A DNA stretch of 52,271 bases from assembly GCA_016217665.1 (NCBI GenBank), contig JACRHF010000041.1:1-52271 (forward strand), written 5' to 3'. Below, piece after piece: positions 17,412-26,761 of the stretch. The notes under the pieces were generated by a model that saw only the letters and a program-made list of their open reading frames with translations, was not told where the DNA came from and ran no database searches. Each line of letters starts with the position of its first letter. The stretch's first letter is position 1. The position numbers were made by a program, and so were the translations under genes. The stretch is from Nitrospirota bacterium (GTDB lineage: Bacteria > Nitrospirota > 9FT-COMBO-42-15 > HDB-SIOI813).

Positions 17412-18695
17412 ATGGAGGGAAGACCGATGCCCAAAGAAGTCATCATGCCGCAGATGGGAGAGAGTGTCGTGGAAGGGACGATACTCAAATGGCTGATCCA
17501 GGAAGGCCAGCGGGTTGAAAAGGATCAGTCGCTGGTCGAGATTAGTACGGATAAGGTAGATACCGAGATCCCTTCTCCGGTCTCAGGTCTGGTCACGAAG
17601 ATCCTGCACCATGCGGATGAGACGGTCCCTGTGGGCACGGTCATCGTTCTCATCGAAGAAGGGATAGAGGGGGTGAAGGTTCCCCAGGTCCCAGAGACCC
17701 TGCCGGCCGGATTGCCCCCTAAGAAACCGCGTGAGGAGGGAGTGGAGCAAAGGCCAGGTCTTGAGAAGAGATACTCCCCCCTTGTCAGGCGATTGGCCAA
17801 GGAATATGGCGTTGGTTTAGAGAAGGGTGATTTAGAGAGGGTTCGGGGGACAGGGACAGGAGGGAGGATCACCAAAGAGGACCTCCTCGGGTATATTGAG
17901 GCGACTCAGAAGACGACCCTCTCTGCCCGGCCAAAGATTGTTGAGACAAAAGAGGCAGAAGGATTAAAGGAAGAGGTCATCCCGGTCAGCTCGAAGCGAA
18001 AGATCATTGCCGAGCGGATGGTCCAGAGCAAGAGGACAGCCCCCCATGTGACCAGCACATTCGAGGTGGATATGGGCCGTGTGGCACGCTACCGGGATGC
18101 CAACAAGGATGCCCTTCTCAAAGGCCAGGGGGTACACCTCACCTATCTCCCCTTTATTCTCTCGGCTGCTGCATCCGCCCTGAAGGAGTATCCCCTCCTG
18201 AACTCCTCCTGGTCTGAAGACGGGACCGTGGTTAAAAGATATGTCCATATCGGGATTGCGGTTTCCATCGAGGATGGGCTTATCGTCCCTGTGATCAGGG
18301 ATGCGGACCGCAAGGGCCTGTTAGAGCTGGCTAAAGAAAGCCAGGACCTGGCAAAGAGGGCGCGGGAAAAGAAGCTCAAGGTGAATGAAGTCCAGGGCGG
18401 GACCTTTACAATCACGAATTACGGCATCGGGGGGAGCCTCTTTGGGACCCCGATTATACTCCAGCCGCAGACAGGCATCCTGGGGATCGGGGCTATCTGT
18501 AAGAGGGCCGTGGTGATTGAAGATGCCATTGCCATAAGGCCGATGGTCTATCTCAGCCTTTCTTTCGACCATCGCGTGATTGACGGCGCCCAGGCGGACC
18601 AGTTCCTCTCCAGGATCAGGGAGATCCTGGAGGGGTGGGGAGAAAAAGGTGAGAAGGTGTCAGGTACTGAATCTGGGTTTGGTGGAATATGGTAA
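17412..18695 (+). CDS. dihydrolipoamide acyltransferase (E2): lipoyl domain, E3/E1-binding domain and catalytic domain
   Basis: Lipoyl-Lys context EISTDKVDTEIPSP, PSBD SPLVRRLAKEYGV, and catalytic SFDHRVIDGA. The ATG at 17427 is an alternative start. Confidence 0.9.
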   Translation: MEGRPMPKEVIMPQMGESVVEGTILKWLIQEGQRVEKDQSLVEISTDKVDTEIPSPVSGLVTKILHHADETVPVGTVIVLIEEGIEGVKVPQVPETLPAGLPPKKPREEGVEQRPGLEKRYSPLVRRLAKEYGVGLEKGDLERVRGTGTGGRITKEDLLGYIEATQKTTLSARPKIVETKEAEGLKEEVIPVSSKRKIIAERMVQSKRTAPHVTSTFEVDMGRVARYRDANKDALLKGQGVHLTYLPFILSAAASALKEYPLLNSSWSEDGTVVKRYVHIGIAVSIEDGLIVPVIRDADRKGLLELAKESQDLAKRAREKKLKVNEVQGGTFTITNYGIGGSLFGTPIILQPQTGILGIGAICKRAVVIEDAIAIRPMVYLSLSFDHRVIDGAQADQFLSRIREILEGWGEKGEKVSGTESGFGGIW

Positions 18696-19422
18696 GGCCT
18701 GGGAGTTTCAGAGAGACCTCTTTCGGGCAAGGTCTCAGAATGAAATCATAGACACCTTCCTGATCCTCCAGCATCCCCCGACCTATACATTCGGCCGGTG
18801 CAGTCAGGGAGGGCGATCCATATTATCCGAGGAAAAAATCCCCCTTAATCCCCCTTTATTAAAGGGGGAAAGTTCTCTCACCCCCCCCTTTAGAAAAGGG
18901 GGGATGGGGGGATTTGATCGAAGCCTTTCGGGTGAAGATATTGAACATGCTGACATCTATTGGGTAGACAGGGGCGGAGGTGCAACATATCATGGTCCCG
19001 GCCAGATCGTCGGATATCCTATTATTGGACTGAAAGACTATACCACAGATCTCCATGCCTACCTCCGGATGCTGGAAGAGGTGATGATGGGGACGTTGAA
19101 AGGTTTTCAGATAGAGTCGCAGAGGTTGAAGGGTTATACCGGCGTATGGGTGGAGGGTGAGAAGATCGGCTCTATCGGTGTCAGGGTCATCAGGGGCGTG
19201 ACGATGCACGGCTTCTCATTGAATGTGAATAACGATCTTGCCCCCTTTGATAAGATCGTTCCGTGCAATATCCGGGGTGTCAGGATGACCTCCATGTCGC
19301 GGATACTCAGGAGTGAACTCATCATGTCAGAGGTGGAGGAGGGTGTGACAGATCACTTCGCCAGGGTCTTTGATGTGAAAATGGAGCGGGTCTCAAATCC
19401 TTTGCAACCCTGTCTGGTATGA
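18649..19422 (+). CDS. lipB: lipoyl(octanoyl) transferase carrying an in-frame repeat-element insertion
   Basis: LGLVEYGKAWEFQ, LILQHPPTYTFGR, VDRGGGATYHGPGQIVGYPI, GVWVEGEKIGSIGVRV, HGFSLNVN. The GTG start at 18649 with a GGAG upstream is inferred; the ORF is open from 18580. Confidence 0.8.
   Translation: MRRCQVLNLGLVEYGKAWEFQRDLFRARSQNEIIDTFLILQHPPTYTFGRCSQGGRSILSEEKIPLNPPLLKGESSLTPPFRKGGMGGFDRSLSGEDIEHADIYWVDRGGGATYHGPGQIVGYPIIGLKDYTTDLHAYLRMLEEVMMGTLKGFQIESQRLKGYTGVWVEGEKIGSIGVRVIRGVTMHGFSLNVNNDLAPFDKIVPCNIRGVRMTSMSRILRSELIMSEVEEGVTDHFARVFDVKMERVSNPLQPCLV
18836..18914. repeat. G/C-run palindromic element, composite two-hairpin copy inside lipB
   Basis: AAATCCCCCTTAATCCCCCTTTATTAAAGGGGGAAAG..CCCCCCCCTTTAGAAAAGGGGGGATGGGGGGATTT, translated as IPLNPPLLKGESSLTPPFRKGGMGGF. 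Confidence 0.85.
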
Positions 19423-19478
19423 TGGTAGAATTTGGTTCATAAAAATAGGCGCATGGGAATTAGAATTATGTCAATCAT

Positions 19479-19549
19479 GTCATCCTGAACTTGTTTCAGG
19501 ATCTCAAACGTAGCAAGGTTAGGAGATCCCGAAACGAGTTCGGGATGAC
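19479..19549. repeat. double-hairpin palindromic repeat: two inverted 25-nt units, each itself a hairpin
   Basis: GTCATCCTGAACTTGTTTCAGGATC ... GATCCCGAAACGAGTTCGGGATGAC. The second unit is the reverse complement of the first apart from 3 mismatches. Confidence 0.75.
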
Positions 19550-19611
19550 AATGGGGCATGACGGGGAGACGGTATTTTCGGATGAAAATAAACCAGGAGG
19601 GCCAGAAGAAA

Positions 19612-20199
19612 ATGATGAGGAAATGGAAATGGTATCTTGTCTTTGTGCTGATGCTTTCAAGTCTGTCAGGCTGTGGTTATAACAAAATGCAGGCCAATGA
19701 AGAGGGGGTCAAGGCGGCATGGGGTGATGTGGAGGCCTCCTATCAGAGGCGGAATGACCTCATCCCGAATCTGGTCGAGGTGGTTAAGGGATACGCGGCC
19801 CATGAGAAGGAGACCTTAGAGGCGGTCACTGAAGCGCGGGCAAAGGTCGGCACCATCCAGATGTCAAAGGACCTCCTGAGCGACCCCCAGGCATTCACCC
19901 GGTTTCAGGAGGCGCAGTCTGCCATGACCAGCGCCCTCTCAAGGCTGATGGTCGTAGTGGAGAGATATCCTGATCTTAAGGCCAATCAGAATTTCCAGGA
20001 CCTTCAGCACCAGTTAGAGGGGACTGAGAACAGGATCAATGTTGCGCGGACGCGCTATAACAAGGCGGTGGAGGTCTATAACACCTCCCTCAGGATATTC
20101 CCCAATGTGCTCACCAATAAATTCTTGCTCCACCTGACCCCGAGGGAGCCGTTCAAGGCCGAGGCAGGAGCTGAGAAGGCGCCCCAGGTGAAGTTTTGA
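19612..20199 (+). CDS. lemA: LemA family lipoprotein
   Basis: Signal/lipobox LMLSSLSGC; [17 protein letters not shown]; [25 protein letters not shown]. An AGGAGGG Shine-Dalgarno precedes the ATG at 19612. Confidence 0.85.
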   Translation: MMRKWKWYLVFVLMLSSLSGCGYNKMQANEEGVKAAWGDVEASYQRRNDLIPNLVEVVKGYAAHEKETLEAVTEARAKVGTIQMSKDLLSDPQAFTRFQEAQSAMTSALSRLMVVVERYPDLKANQNFQDLQHQLEGTENRINVARTRYNKAVEVYNTSLRIFPNVLTNKFLLHLTPREPFKAEAGAEKAPQVKF

Positions 20200-21122
20200 G
20201 ATTGCTTCGCACCCTTTGGGTGCTCGCAATGACTCTTCTCCTTTTTCCTCTGGCTGCTTATGCCCTTGATGTCCCGCAGCTCAAGGGGCGTGTGAATGAC
20301 TACGCAGACATGATATCCGCCTCTGCAGAGGCAAGGCTTGAAGAGGAACTTAAGTCCTTTGAACAGTCTGATTCGACTCAGATCGTCATCCTGACCATCC
20401 CGTCCCTGGAGGGGGAGGTGATTGAAGACTTTGGGATCAGGGTTGCTGATGCCTGGAAGATCGGACAGGCAGGGAAGGACAACGGCGTTATCCTGATCGC
20501 GTCAAAGGAGGACAGGGAGATGCGGATCGAGGTGGGGCGCGGTCTTGAAGGGAGACTAACAGACCTGATGGCAGGGAGGATTATTGACTTAGTCATGAAG
20601 CCCCGTTTTAAACGGGGGGATTTTGACGGAGGTTTCATCGCAGGGGTCTCGGCATTGATCGATGCCAGCCGTGGAGAGTTTCAAGCAGTTCAGGGTGATG
20701 GGGGGACAGATTTTAAATCTGTCCCCTCTTCGCGGAGGGAGATCTCCCCCTTCTTTTCCTTTCTCATCTTCTGGGGGATCTTTTTAATCGCCCTTGGGGC
20801 AATCTCACGTATCCTGAGCAGTATCGCCGGGGCCATCGGACTTCCTGTACTGATCCACCTGACGATCTTCCCCTTAGGACTTGTCTCCTTCATCATCCTT
20901 GCCGTTATCGGGATGGGGATCGGGTTTCTTTTCCCCCTGCTGTCACCGGCCGGAGGCTCTCCGGGTTCTCATCGAAGGGGAGGCGTCTTTCCAGGCGGGC
21001 CAGGCGGGCCAGGCGGGGGCTTCTATGGGACAGGCAGGGGGGATTTTGGCAGCGGTGGTTTTGGTGGTTTCGGCGGCGGGGGCGGAGGCTTTGGAGGGGG
21101 CGGCGCCTCAGGGAAATGGTGA
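20196..21122 (+). CDS. TPM-domain (YgcG-like) membrane protein with a Gly-rich tail
   Basis: TPM region [39 protein letters not shown]; three TM segments; C-terminal [17 protein letters not shown]. Confidence 0.8.
   Translation: MRLLRTLWVLAMTLLLFPLAAYALDVPQLKGRVNDYADMISASAEARLEEELKSFEQSDSTQIVILTIPSLEGEVIEDFGIRVADAWKIGQAGKDNGVILIASKEDREMRIEVGRGLEGRLTDLMAGRIIDLVMKPRFKRGDFDGGFIAGVSALIDASRGEFQAVQGDGGTDFKSVPSSRREISPFFSFLIFWGIFLIALGAISRILSSIAGAIGLPVLIHLTIFPLGLVSFIILAVIGMGIGFLFPLLSPAGGSPGSHRRGGVFPGGPGGPGGGFYGTGRGDFGSGGFGGFGGGGGGFGGGGASGKW
20702..20726. repeat. REP-derived 25-bp perfect palindrome inside the TPM gene
   Basis: GGGGACAGATTT T AAATCTGTCCCC, read in frame as GTDFKSVP. Confidence 0.85.
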
Positions 21123-21763
21123 TGGGATATCCTGTGAAGGCAGAGGAGTTCTTTACTGAAGAAGAGATGGCGAGGATAACAGAGACCACCCGCTCTGTCG
21201 AATTGCGCACCATCGGGGAGGTGGCGGTCATGGTCGTTGACAGCAGTGACCGCTACAGCGAGGCAGAGGTGATTGGCGGCGTACTTGCCGGAGGCCTCTT
21301 GTCCCTCATCGTCTCAATATTGTTTTTCCACGCCTCCCTATGGGCGTATATCCCTCTGAGCTTTTTATTCTTTCTCCCGGCATGGATTTTCTTTAAGAAG
21401 ATCCCTCCGGCCAGGATGATGTTCATCGGGTTAAAGAGGAGAGAGGAAACAGTCAGGGAGAGGGCCGTGAGGGCCTTCTATGAAAAAGGGCTTTATAAGA
21501 CCAGAAAGAATACCGGGGTCCTTTTTTTCCTATCCCTGTTAGAACACAAGGTCTGGGTTCTTGCCGACAGGGGGATCTATGAAAAGATCGATCAGGAGAC
21601 GCTGAACCGGTTTGCAAAGAACGTCTCCCAGGGGGTCAGGGACAGCAGGGCCTGTGATTCCCTTTGTCAGGCCGTCAAAGAGGCCGGTGAATTGCTTGCC
21701 AGACACTTTCCCATAACACCAGGCGACACAGATGAGCTCTCCAATGAGGTGATGGTGGAGTAA
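21116..21763 (+). CDS. TPM-domain (TLP18.3/Psb32-like) membrane protein
   Basis: EEEMARITETTRSVELRTIGEVAVMVVDSS followed by two TM segments. It overlaps the upstream stop, and LemA-TPM-TPM is a conserved gene order. Confidence 0.75.
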   Translation: MVMGYPVKAEEFFTEEEMARITETTRSVELRTIGEVAVMVVDSSDRYSEAEVIGGVLAGGLLSLIVSILFFHASLWAYIPLSFLFFLPAWIFFKKIPPARMMFIGLKRREETVRERAVRAFYEKGLYKTRKNTGVLFFLSLLEHKVWVLADRGIYEKIDQETLNRFAKNVSQGVRDSRACDSLCQAVKEAGELLARHFPITPGDTDELSNEVMVE

Positions 21764-21764
21764 C

Positions 21765-21794
21765 CCCCCTCAGATCCTACGGAACCTGAGGGGG
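21765..21794 (+). terminator. possible terminator hairpin after the LemA-TPM-TPM operon
   Basis: CCCCCTCAG / 12-nt loop / CTGAGGGGG. There is no T-tract, so this call is weak. Confidence 0.3.
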
Positions 21795-21975
21795 ATTGGG
21801 GGGTGGGCATGAATCCTATCTTGTGAGTCCTATTATATTTACCCAAGATTAAAAGAAGATTAAGAAAAACCGTCAAATTTTGGTTAATCATCTATTTTGT
21901 GATAAGATGATCACATTCTGTCAATCCATCCAAATAATAGTTAATGAGCGAACTTGATGAAGCTACGGACATCTC

Positions 21976-24669
21976 ATGACTAAAAAAGAAGCCAAAAGAC
22001 CAAAAAAGAAGGGCCTCAGGAAAAAGATCATTATAACCATCCTGGTCATAGGGGTATTTCCTTTGGTATTTGGCATCTATCTCTCCTATCTCGAGGCAAT
22101 AGATGCACTGACAAAGAGCATAGGGACTAACTTTGCGGCCATGGCAAAGGAGACGGCAAACAAGCTGGAGATCATCCTGGAGGAGGAGTTAAGCGAGGCA
22201 ACGGCTATTTCACTGATGCCTGATATTACAGAGGTTATTGAAAGCTCAAATCTCCATTACAGGGGCCAGGGAGAAAAAAATATCCGGAAGGGAATCCAGA
22301 CACGAAGAGAGCGATGGAGCCGTGCCGCAGGAGAGGACCCTTTCATAAAAGATATCGTGAATAATAAGGCATCTCTCTATTTAAAAAGCCTTCCCCACTA
22401 TGTAGAGGAATATATCGCTATCCTCGTGATGGATGAGAGGGGCGCCTTAGTCGCGGCGACAGACAGGGGGTATGATTACTATCAGGGGGATCAGAAATGG
22501 TGGCAGGCCATCCATCAGGACCGTGAAAAGGGGGTCTTTATCAGCGATATCAACTACGATAAGGGAAAAAGACATTACCTGCTGGAGATCGCCTTTCCTG
22601 TTTACACCAAGGGAAGAGGCCATAAACAGGGAATAGGGGCCCTCCATATCCTATATAAGGCAGAGAAGATATTCACGATTGTCGGAGATGTCAGGATAGG
22701 CAGGACCGGACACGCAAACCTTGTGTCCGGGAATGGCGAAATTATTATCTGCCCCATCTTCCCTCCCAGGAGCCATAGTATCAATGAAAAGCTGATCAGG
22801 GAAATAGTGAGTCGGATCTCCGGTTGGGGCATTGCAGAGGATGATGGCCATGGCGGAAGAGATTCTATCGTTGGCTTCTACCCGCTCAGATTAAGTAATC
22901 AGTTGGTGAGGGAGAGTTTTTCCGGGAATAGCTGGTATGTGTTTATACGCCAACACCCCACGGAGACCTATGCCCCTATCCAGAGACTTCTCACCAAGGT
23001 GTCTTTCATGGTATTTTCCCTGATTGGGGTGCTGACACTTATGGGATTTTATGCATCAAAGAGGATCGTGGAACCCATCCTCCTCTTAAAAAAGGAGTCA
23101 GAACTGATCGGGGAAGGGAATCTGGATCACCGAGTGGAGGTCCGCACAGGGGATGAAATAGAGTCCCTGGCAGAAGAATTTAATTCCATGGCGGAAAGGC
23201 TTAAGACTTATCATACACAGCTTAAAACAGAGAGTTATAAATTAGAGCGTATCCTCCTTTCTGCCGGTGAAGGGATCGTGGTTGCAGATAATGAAAACAG
23301 GGTGGTGATGATAAACCCTGTGGCGGAGAATATCCTTGGGGTCACGATACAGGAGGTCAAGGGGAAATCCATATTCCCCTGTCACAAGAATCCCGAAAGG
23401 GTGCAACAGTTGCTCCAATTAGAGGGGGCCTTACCTGTTCAGATTACCATACCCGTTGGGTCGAAGATCGTGGAAATCAATGTGACCTTAATAAAATCGG
23501 ATGAAGAGATGATAGGCTCCATGATGATAATGCGGGACGTTACCCTTGTCAAATATATGGAAGAGGAATTAAGAAAACATAGTGAGCAATTAGAGAATCT
23601 CGTCTATCGGAGGACAAAGGAAATTAACGCGACGAAGAAGTATCTTGAAAATCTTCTTGAAAATGCGAATGATGTGATCTATACCCTCAACAGGGATGGA
23701 ATGTTTACCTATGTGAATCAAAAAGTAGAGATGTGGGGGTATGAGAAGGAGGAACTGGTTGGGCAACGTTTCCATGCCCTTTTAGTCACTGAGGAGGCCG
23801 TGGATAAGGGGGCTGTGGAAATGGCGGAAATAAAACCTACCAATGAGATAAGGATAAGGAATAAAAAGGGGGAGGTGAGGGACCTCCTGGTCAGGACATC
23901 CCCGCTGAAAGGGGATGAAGGGGCGGTCATCGGTGTCCTCGGGATAGCCACCGACATTACAGACAGAAAGAGGCTGGAAGAGCAGATGATGAGGACAGAA
24001 AAACTGTCGGCGATTGGCCAGCTCTCCATGGGGGTTGCCCATGAGATCAACAATCCCTTATCCGGGATGATGAACTGCGTCAGGACATTAACAGAGGAGG
24101 GGGAAGATGAATCCCTCAGGAAGAGATATCTGGTCCTTCTGGAGAAAGGGTTAGACAGGATAGAGTCTATTGTAAGGCAGCTTCTGGGATTTGCCAAGGA
24201 GTACAAGTTTGAATTTACCCCTTGTGAGATTGATGACCTGATCATGGACACCATCCGGCTGATAGATCATAAGATAAAGAGAGGGGATATCCGCCTTCAA
24301 CTGAATCTCAATTGTAAGGAAAAAAAGCATCTCCTCCCTGGAAATCATATCCAGCAGGTTATTCTGAATATCATAATCAATGCCATTCACGCCATGCCGC
24401 AAGGGGGTATCCTTACCATAGAGACTTATGAGGGCCATAAAAACCTGATTGTGAAGATCTCCGACACCGGGATTGGAATTCCCAGAGAAAACATAAGACG
24501 GATATTTGATCCCTTTTTCACCACGAAGGATGTCGGTGTAGGAACCGGCCTTGGTTTATCGTTGAGTTATGGTATCATTAAAAAACTCGGGGGTGAGATA
24601 GACGTAGAGAGTAAAGTGGGCAAGGGGTCCACATTTAAAGTGGTGATTCCCCATAAGCAGGGAGAATAA
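21976..24669 (+). CDS. sensor histidine kinase: TM, Cache-like periplasmic domain, TM, HAMP, two PAS domains, HisKA and HATPase
   Basis: H-box AHEINNPLS, N-box LNIIINAIHAM, G1 DTGIGI, G2 GTGLGLS. The PAS domains show the PAC-like ends RDVT and TDITDRK. Confidence 0.9.
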   Translation: MTKKEAKRPKKKGLRKKIIITILVIGVFPLVFGIYLSYLEAIDALTKSIGTNFAAMAKETANKLEIILEEELSEATAISLMPDITEVIESSNLHYRGQGEKNIRKGIQTRRERWSRAAGEDPFIKDIVNNKASLYLKSLPHYVEEYIAILVMDERGALVAATDRGYDYYQGDQKWWQAIHQDREKGVFISDINYDKGKRHYLLEIAFPVYTKGRGHKQGIGALHILYKAEKIFTIVGDVRIGRTGHANLVSGNGEIIICPIFPPRSHSINEKLIREIVSRISGWGIAEDDGHGGRDSIVGFYPLRLSNQLVRESFSGNSWYVFIRQHPTETYAPIQRLLTKVSFMVFSLIGVLTLMGFYASKRIVEPILLLKKESELIGEGNLDHRVEVRTGDEIESLAEEFNSMAERLKTYHTQLKTESYKLERILLSAGEGIVVADNENRVVMINPVAENILGVTIQEVKGKSIFPCHKNPERVQQLLQLEGALPVQITIPVGSKIVEINVTLIKSDEEMIGSMMIMRDVTLVKYMEEELRKHSEQLENLVYRRTKEINATKKYLENLLENANDVIYTLNRDGMFTYVNQKVEMWGYEKEELVGQRFHALLVTEEAVDKGAVEMAEIKPTNEIRIRNKKGEVRDLLVRTSPLKGDEGAVIGVLGIATDITDRKRLEEQMMRTEKLSAIGQLSMGVAHEINNPLSGMMNCVRTLTEEGEDESLRKRYLVLLEKGLDRIESIVRQLLGFAKEYKFEFTPCEIDDLIMDTIRLIDHKIKRGDIRLQLNLNCKEKKHLLPGNHIQQVILNIIINAIHAMPQGGILTIETYEGHKNLIVKISDTGIGIPRENIRRIFDPFFTTKDVGVGTGLGLSLSYGIIKKLGGEIDVESKVGKGSTFKVVIPHKQGE

Positions 24670-24677
24670 AGAAAAGA

Positions 24678-26051
24678 ATGGAAGACGGAATTTACAGGCC
24701 TGAGATCTTGCTGGTAGAAGATGATGAGATTATGCGGGTGACCGTCTCAGATCATCTGAGGAAAAAAGGGTGGACTGTGACCGTGGCAGAGGATGGGGTG
24801 ATCGGGATGGAGCAGTTGAAAAAGAAGGATTTTGACATCGTGATCTGCGATATCCGGCTGCCCAAAAAAAACGGCATGGAATTGCTCAGGGAGGCCAAAG
24901 AGACCTCATCCCAGGCTGAGTTTATTATGATGACTGCCCATGGCACCATCGGCGATGCTGTTGAGGCGATGAGGCTTGGGGCCAGAGATTACATCACAAA
25001 ACCTTTCCACGTAGATGAACTGGTCATCCGTGTTAAAAAGATCATTGAGCATCATGTTCTGCTTGCAAAGTATGAATTGCTCAAGGAGAGCGTAGAGGAA
25101 AGGTACTCTTATCAAAATATCATAGGAAGAAGCAAAAAGATGCAAGCGATTTTCAATGTGATTGAGAAGGTGAGCAGGATAGATACCAATGTGATCATCC
25201 TTGGTGAGAGCGGGACAGGTAAGGGGCTTGTCGCCAATGTAATCCACATGATGAGCAGCAGGAGAGACAGGCCCTTTGTCAAGGTGAATTGTGCTGCCCT
25301 GCCCGGGACCCTGTTGGAGTCAGAACTGTTCGGGCATGAGAAGGGGGCCTTTACAGGCGCCATCAGGAAAAAGAGCGGGAAATTTGAATTAGCCGACAGG
25401 GGCACCATATTTTTTGATGAGATAGGAGATATCCCTCCCTTTGTCCAGGCAAAGCTGCTCAGAGTTCTCCAGGAACATGAATTTGAACGGGTGGGAGGGG
25501 AAGAGACCATCAAGGTAGATGTCCGTCTCGTCTCCGCTACCAAGGAAGATTTAGAGAATCTGGTCGCCAATGGGAAGTTCAGGGAGGACCTCTATTTTCG
25601 TCTGAAGGTGATCTCAATCCATCTCCCCCCTCTGAGAGAGCGGAAAGAGGACATCCCCTTTCTGGTAGAGGAATTCCTAAAGAGGTTCAATAAAAAATTA
25701 AAGAAAAATCTTACCCTGTCCAATGAGGCCGTAAAGTGCCTGATGTCTTATGACTATCCTGGAAATGTCCGGGAGCTGGAGAATATTATAGAAAGGACAG
25801 CCGCCATGACAGACAGTGATGTCATCATGCCTAAGGATATCCTTCACTCTTTTGACAAGAATATCCGGATCTACTCTGATAAAGAAGAGGAGAATCTGAC
25901 TCTCAAAGAATTGCTGACCCGGATAGAAAGGGAACATCTGATAAAAGTCCTTGCAGAAACGGACGGGAACAAGGTAGAAGCGGCGAGGATCTTAGGGATC
26001 AGTAGAAAAAATCTTTGGGAGAAACTCAAGGTGTATCACTTGTTAAAGTAA
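24678..26051 (+). CDS. sigma54-dependent response regulator (REC, AAA+, Fis-type HTH; NtrC family)
   Basis: REC phospho-acceptor context DIVICDIRLP, Walker A GESGTGKG, sigma54-contact loop EKGAFTGA, Walker B FFDEIG, and HTH AARILGISRKNLWEKLK. Confidence 0.92.
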   Translation: MEDGIYRPEILLVEDDEIMRVTVSDHLRKKGWTVTVAEDGVIGMEQLKKKDFDIVICDIRLPKKNGMELLREAKETSSQAEFIMMTAHGTIGDAVEAMRLGARDYITKPFHVDELVIRVKKIIEHHVLLAKYELLKESVEERYSYQNIIGRSKKMQAIFNVIEKVSRIDTNVIILGESGTGKGLVANVIHMMSSRRDRPFVKVNCAALPGTLLESELFGHEKGAFTGAIRKKSGKFELADRGTIFFDEIGDIPPFVQAKLLRVLQEHEFERVGGEETIKVDVRLVSATKEDLENLVANGKFREDLYFRLKVISIHLPPLRERKEDIPFLVEEFLKRFNKKLKKNLTLSNEAVKCLMSYDYPGNVRELENIIERTAAMTDSDVIMPKDILHSFDKNIRIYSDKEEENLTLKELLTRIEREHLIKVLAETDGNKVEAARILGISRKNLWEKLKVYHLLK

Positions 26052-26057
26052 CACCGC

Positions 26058-26077
26058 CAGTTACCGCCCGGTAACTG
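26058..26077. promoter_or_regulatory. candidate enhancer (UAS) palindrome CAGTTACC-N4-GGTAACTG
   Basis: A perfect 8-bp inverted repeat centred about 106 bp upstream of the GG of the sigma54-type promoter at 26173. A near-identical palindrome lies at 29173-29190. Confidence 0.45.
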
Positions 26078-26172
26078 AGTGGTCATGCCTGTGTATCTCT
26101 TCAAATCCCTCTCATTCTTTTTTTCCTTTAAACCTTAACAGGTTACGAAGTTCTTCTTACGAATAAAACTAC

Positions 26173-26188
26173 TGGTATTCCTTTTGCT
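26173..26188 (+). promoter_or_regulatory. sigma54 (-24/-12) promoter for the cytochrome c-nirK-porin operon
   Basis: TGGTAT-TCCTT-TTGCT has the exact GG-N10-GC spacing of the TGGCAC-N5-TTGCW consensus. It lies ~53 nt upstream of the ATG at 26241, directly downstream of a sigma54 activator gene. Confidence 0.6.
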
Positions 26189-26240
26189 TAATAAAGAGTT
26201 TTGTAACTCGAATTCAATTTTACAGAAAGGAGGTGAGGTT

Positions 26241-26738
26241 ATGATCACGAAAACATGGACAAGAAGGGCATTCATAACAGCCCTGGTCGCCATCCCTTTA
26301 TTCTTCCTGATACTCCAGTATGTTGATATCACACCGGTATATTCCGCAGATGAACAGGCGTTAAAACCGAGGGTCCCTGCAGATAAACTGGCAGAAGTGC
26401 AGTCTTTAAAGAGTCCGATAGTGGCGAGCGAAAAGACCATTTCAACAGGCAAGGCCATCTTCCATGGAAAAGGGGTATGTGTTAACTGCCATGGCGAGGC
26501 AGGTAATGGGAAGGGTCCGATCGCAAACTCATTTGATCATCATCCGAGGGATTTCACGGATACGGATGATATTGGCTGGCAGAAGGCAAGGACAGATGGC
26601 GAGATATTCTGGGCCATTTCCAAGGGGACAGAATATGGCATGATTCCGTATGAGGATATGCTGAGTGAGGACGAGAGGTGGGCGCTTGTGGCCTATATCA
26701 GGAGTTTAGAAAATTCTGTAGTCGCGAATCATAAATAA
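26241..26738 (+). CDS. class I c-type cytochrome (monohaem), probable electron donor to NirK
   Basis: Signal anchor, then the haem motif CVNCH with the distal Met region [13 protein letters not shown] strong AGGAGGTG Shine-Dalgarno precedes the ATG at 26241. Confidence 0.8.
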   Translation: MITKTWTRRAFITALVAIPLFFLILQYVDITPVYSADEQALKPRVPADKLAEVQSLKSPIVASEKTISTGKAIFHGKGVCVNCHGEAGNGKGPIANSFDHHPRDFTDTDDIGWQKARTDGEIFWAISKGTEYGMIPYEDMLSEDERWALVAYIRSLENSVVANHK

Positions 26739-26761
26739 GCCTTAATAAGGGAGGGTGGGTT

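Noticed and set aside
3521-20726. Recurrent GGGGACAGATTTATTTT units considered as a possible CRISPR array
   Set aside because: The copies are kilobases apart at irregular spacing, occur as inverted pairs rather than direct repeats with spacers, and no cas genes are present. They fit a REP family served by the adjacent RayT.
21898-21915. TGTGATAAGATGATCACA palindrome upstream of the histidine kinase gene, considered as a CRP site
   Set aside because: The TGTGA and TCACA arms are separated by 8 nt rather than the 6 nt of the CRP consensus. It may be an operator for some other dimeric regulator, but I cannot assign it.
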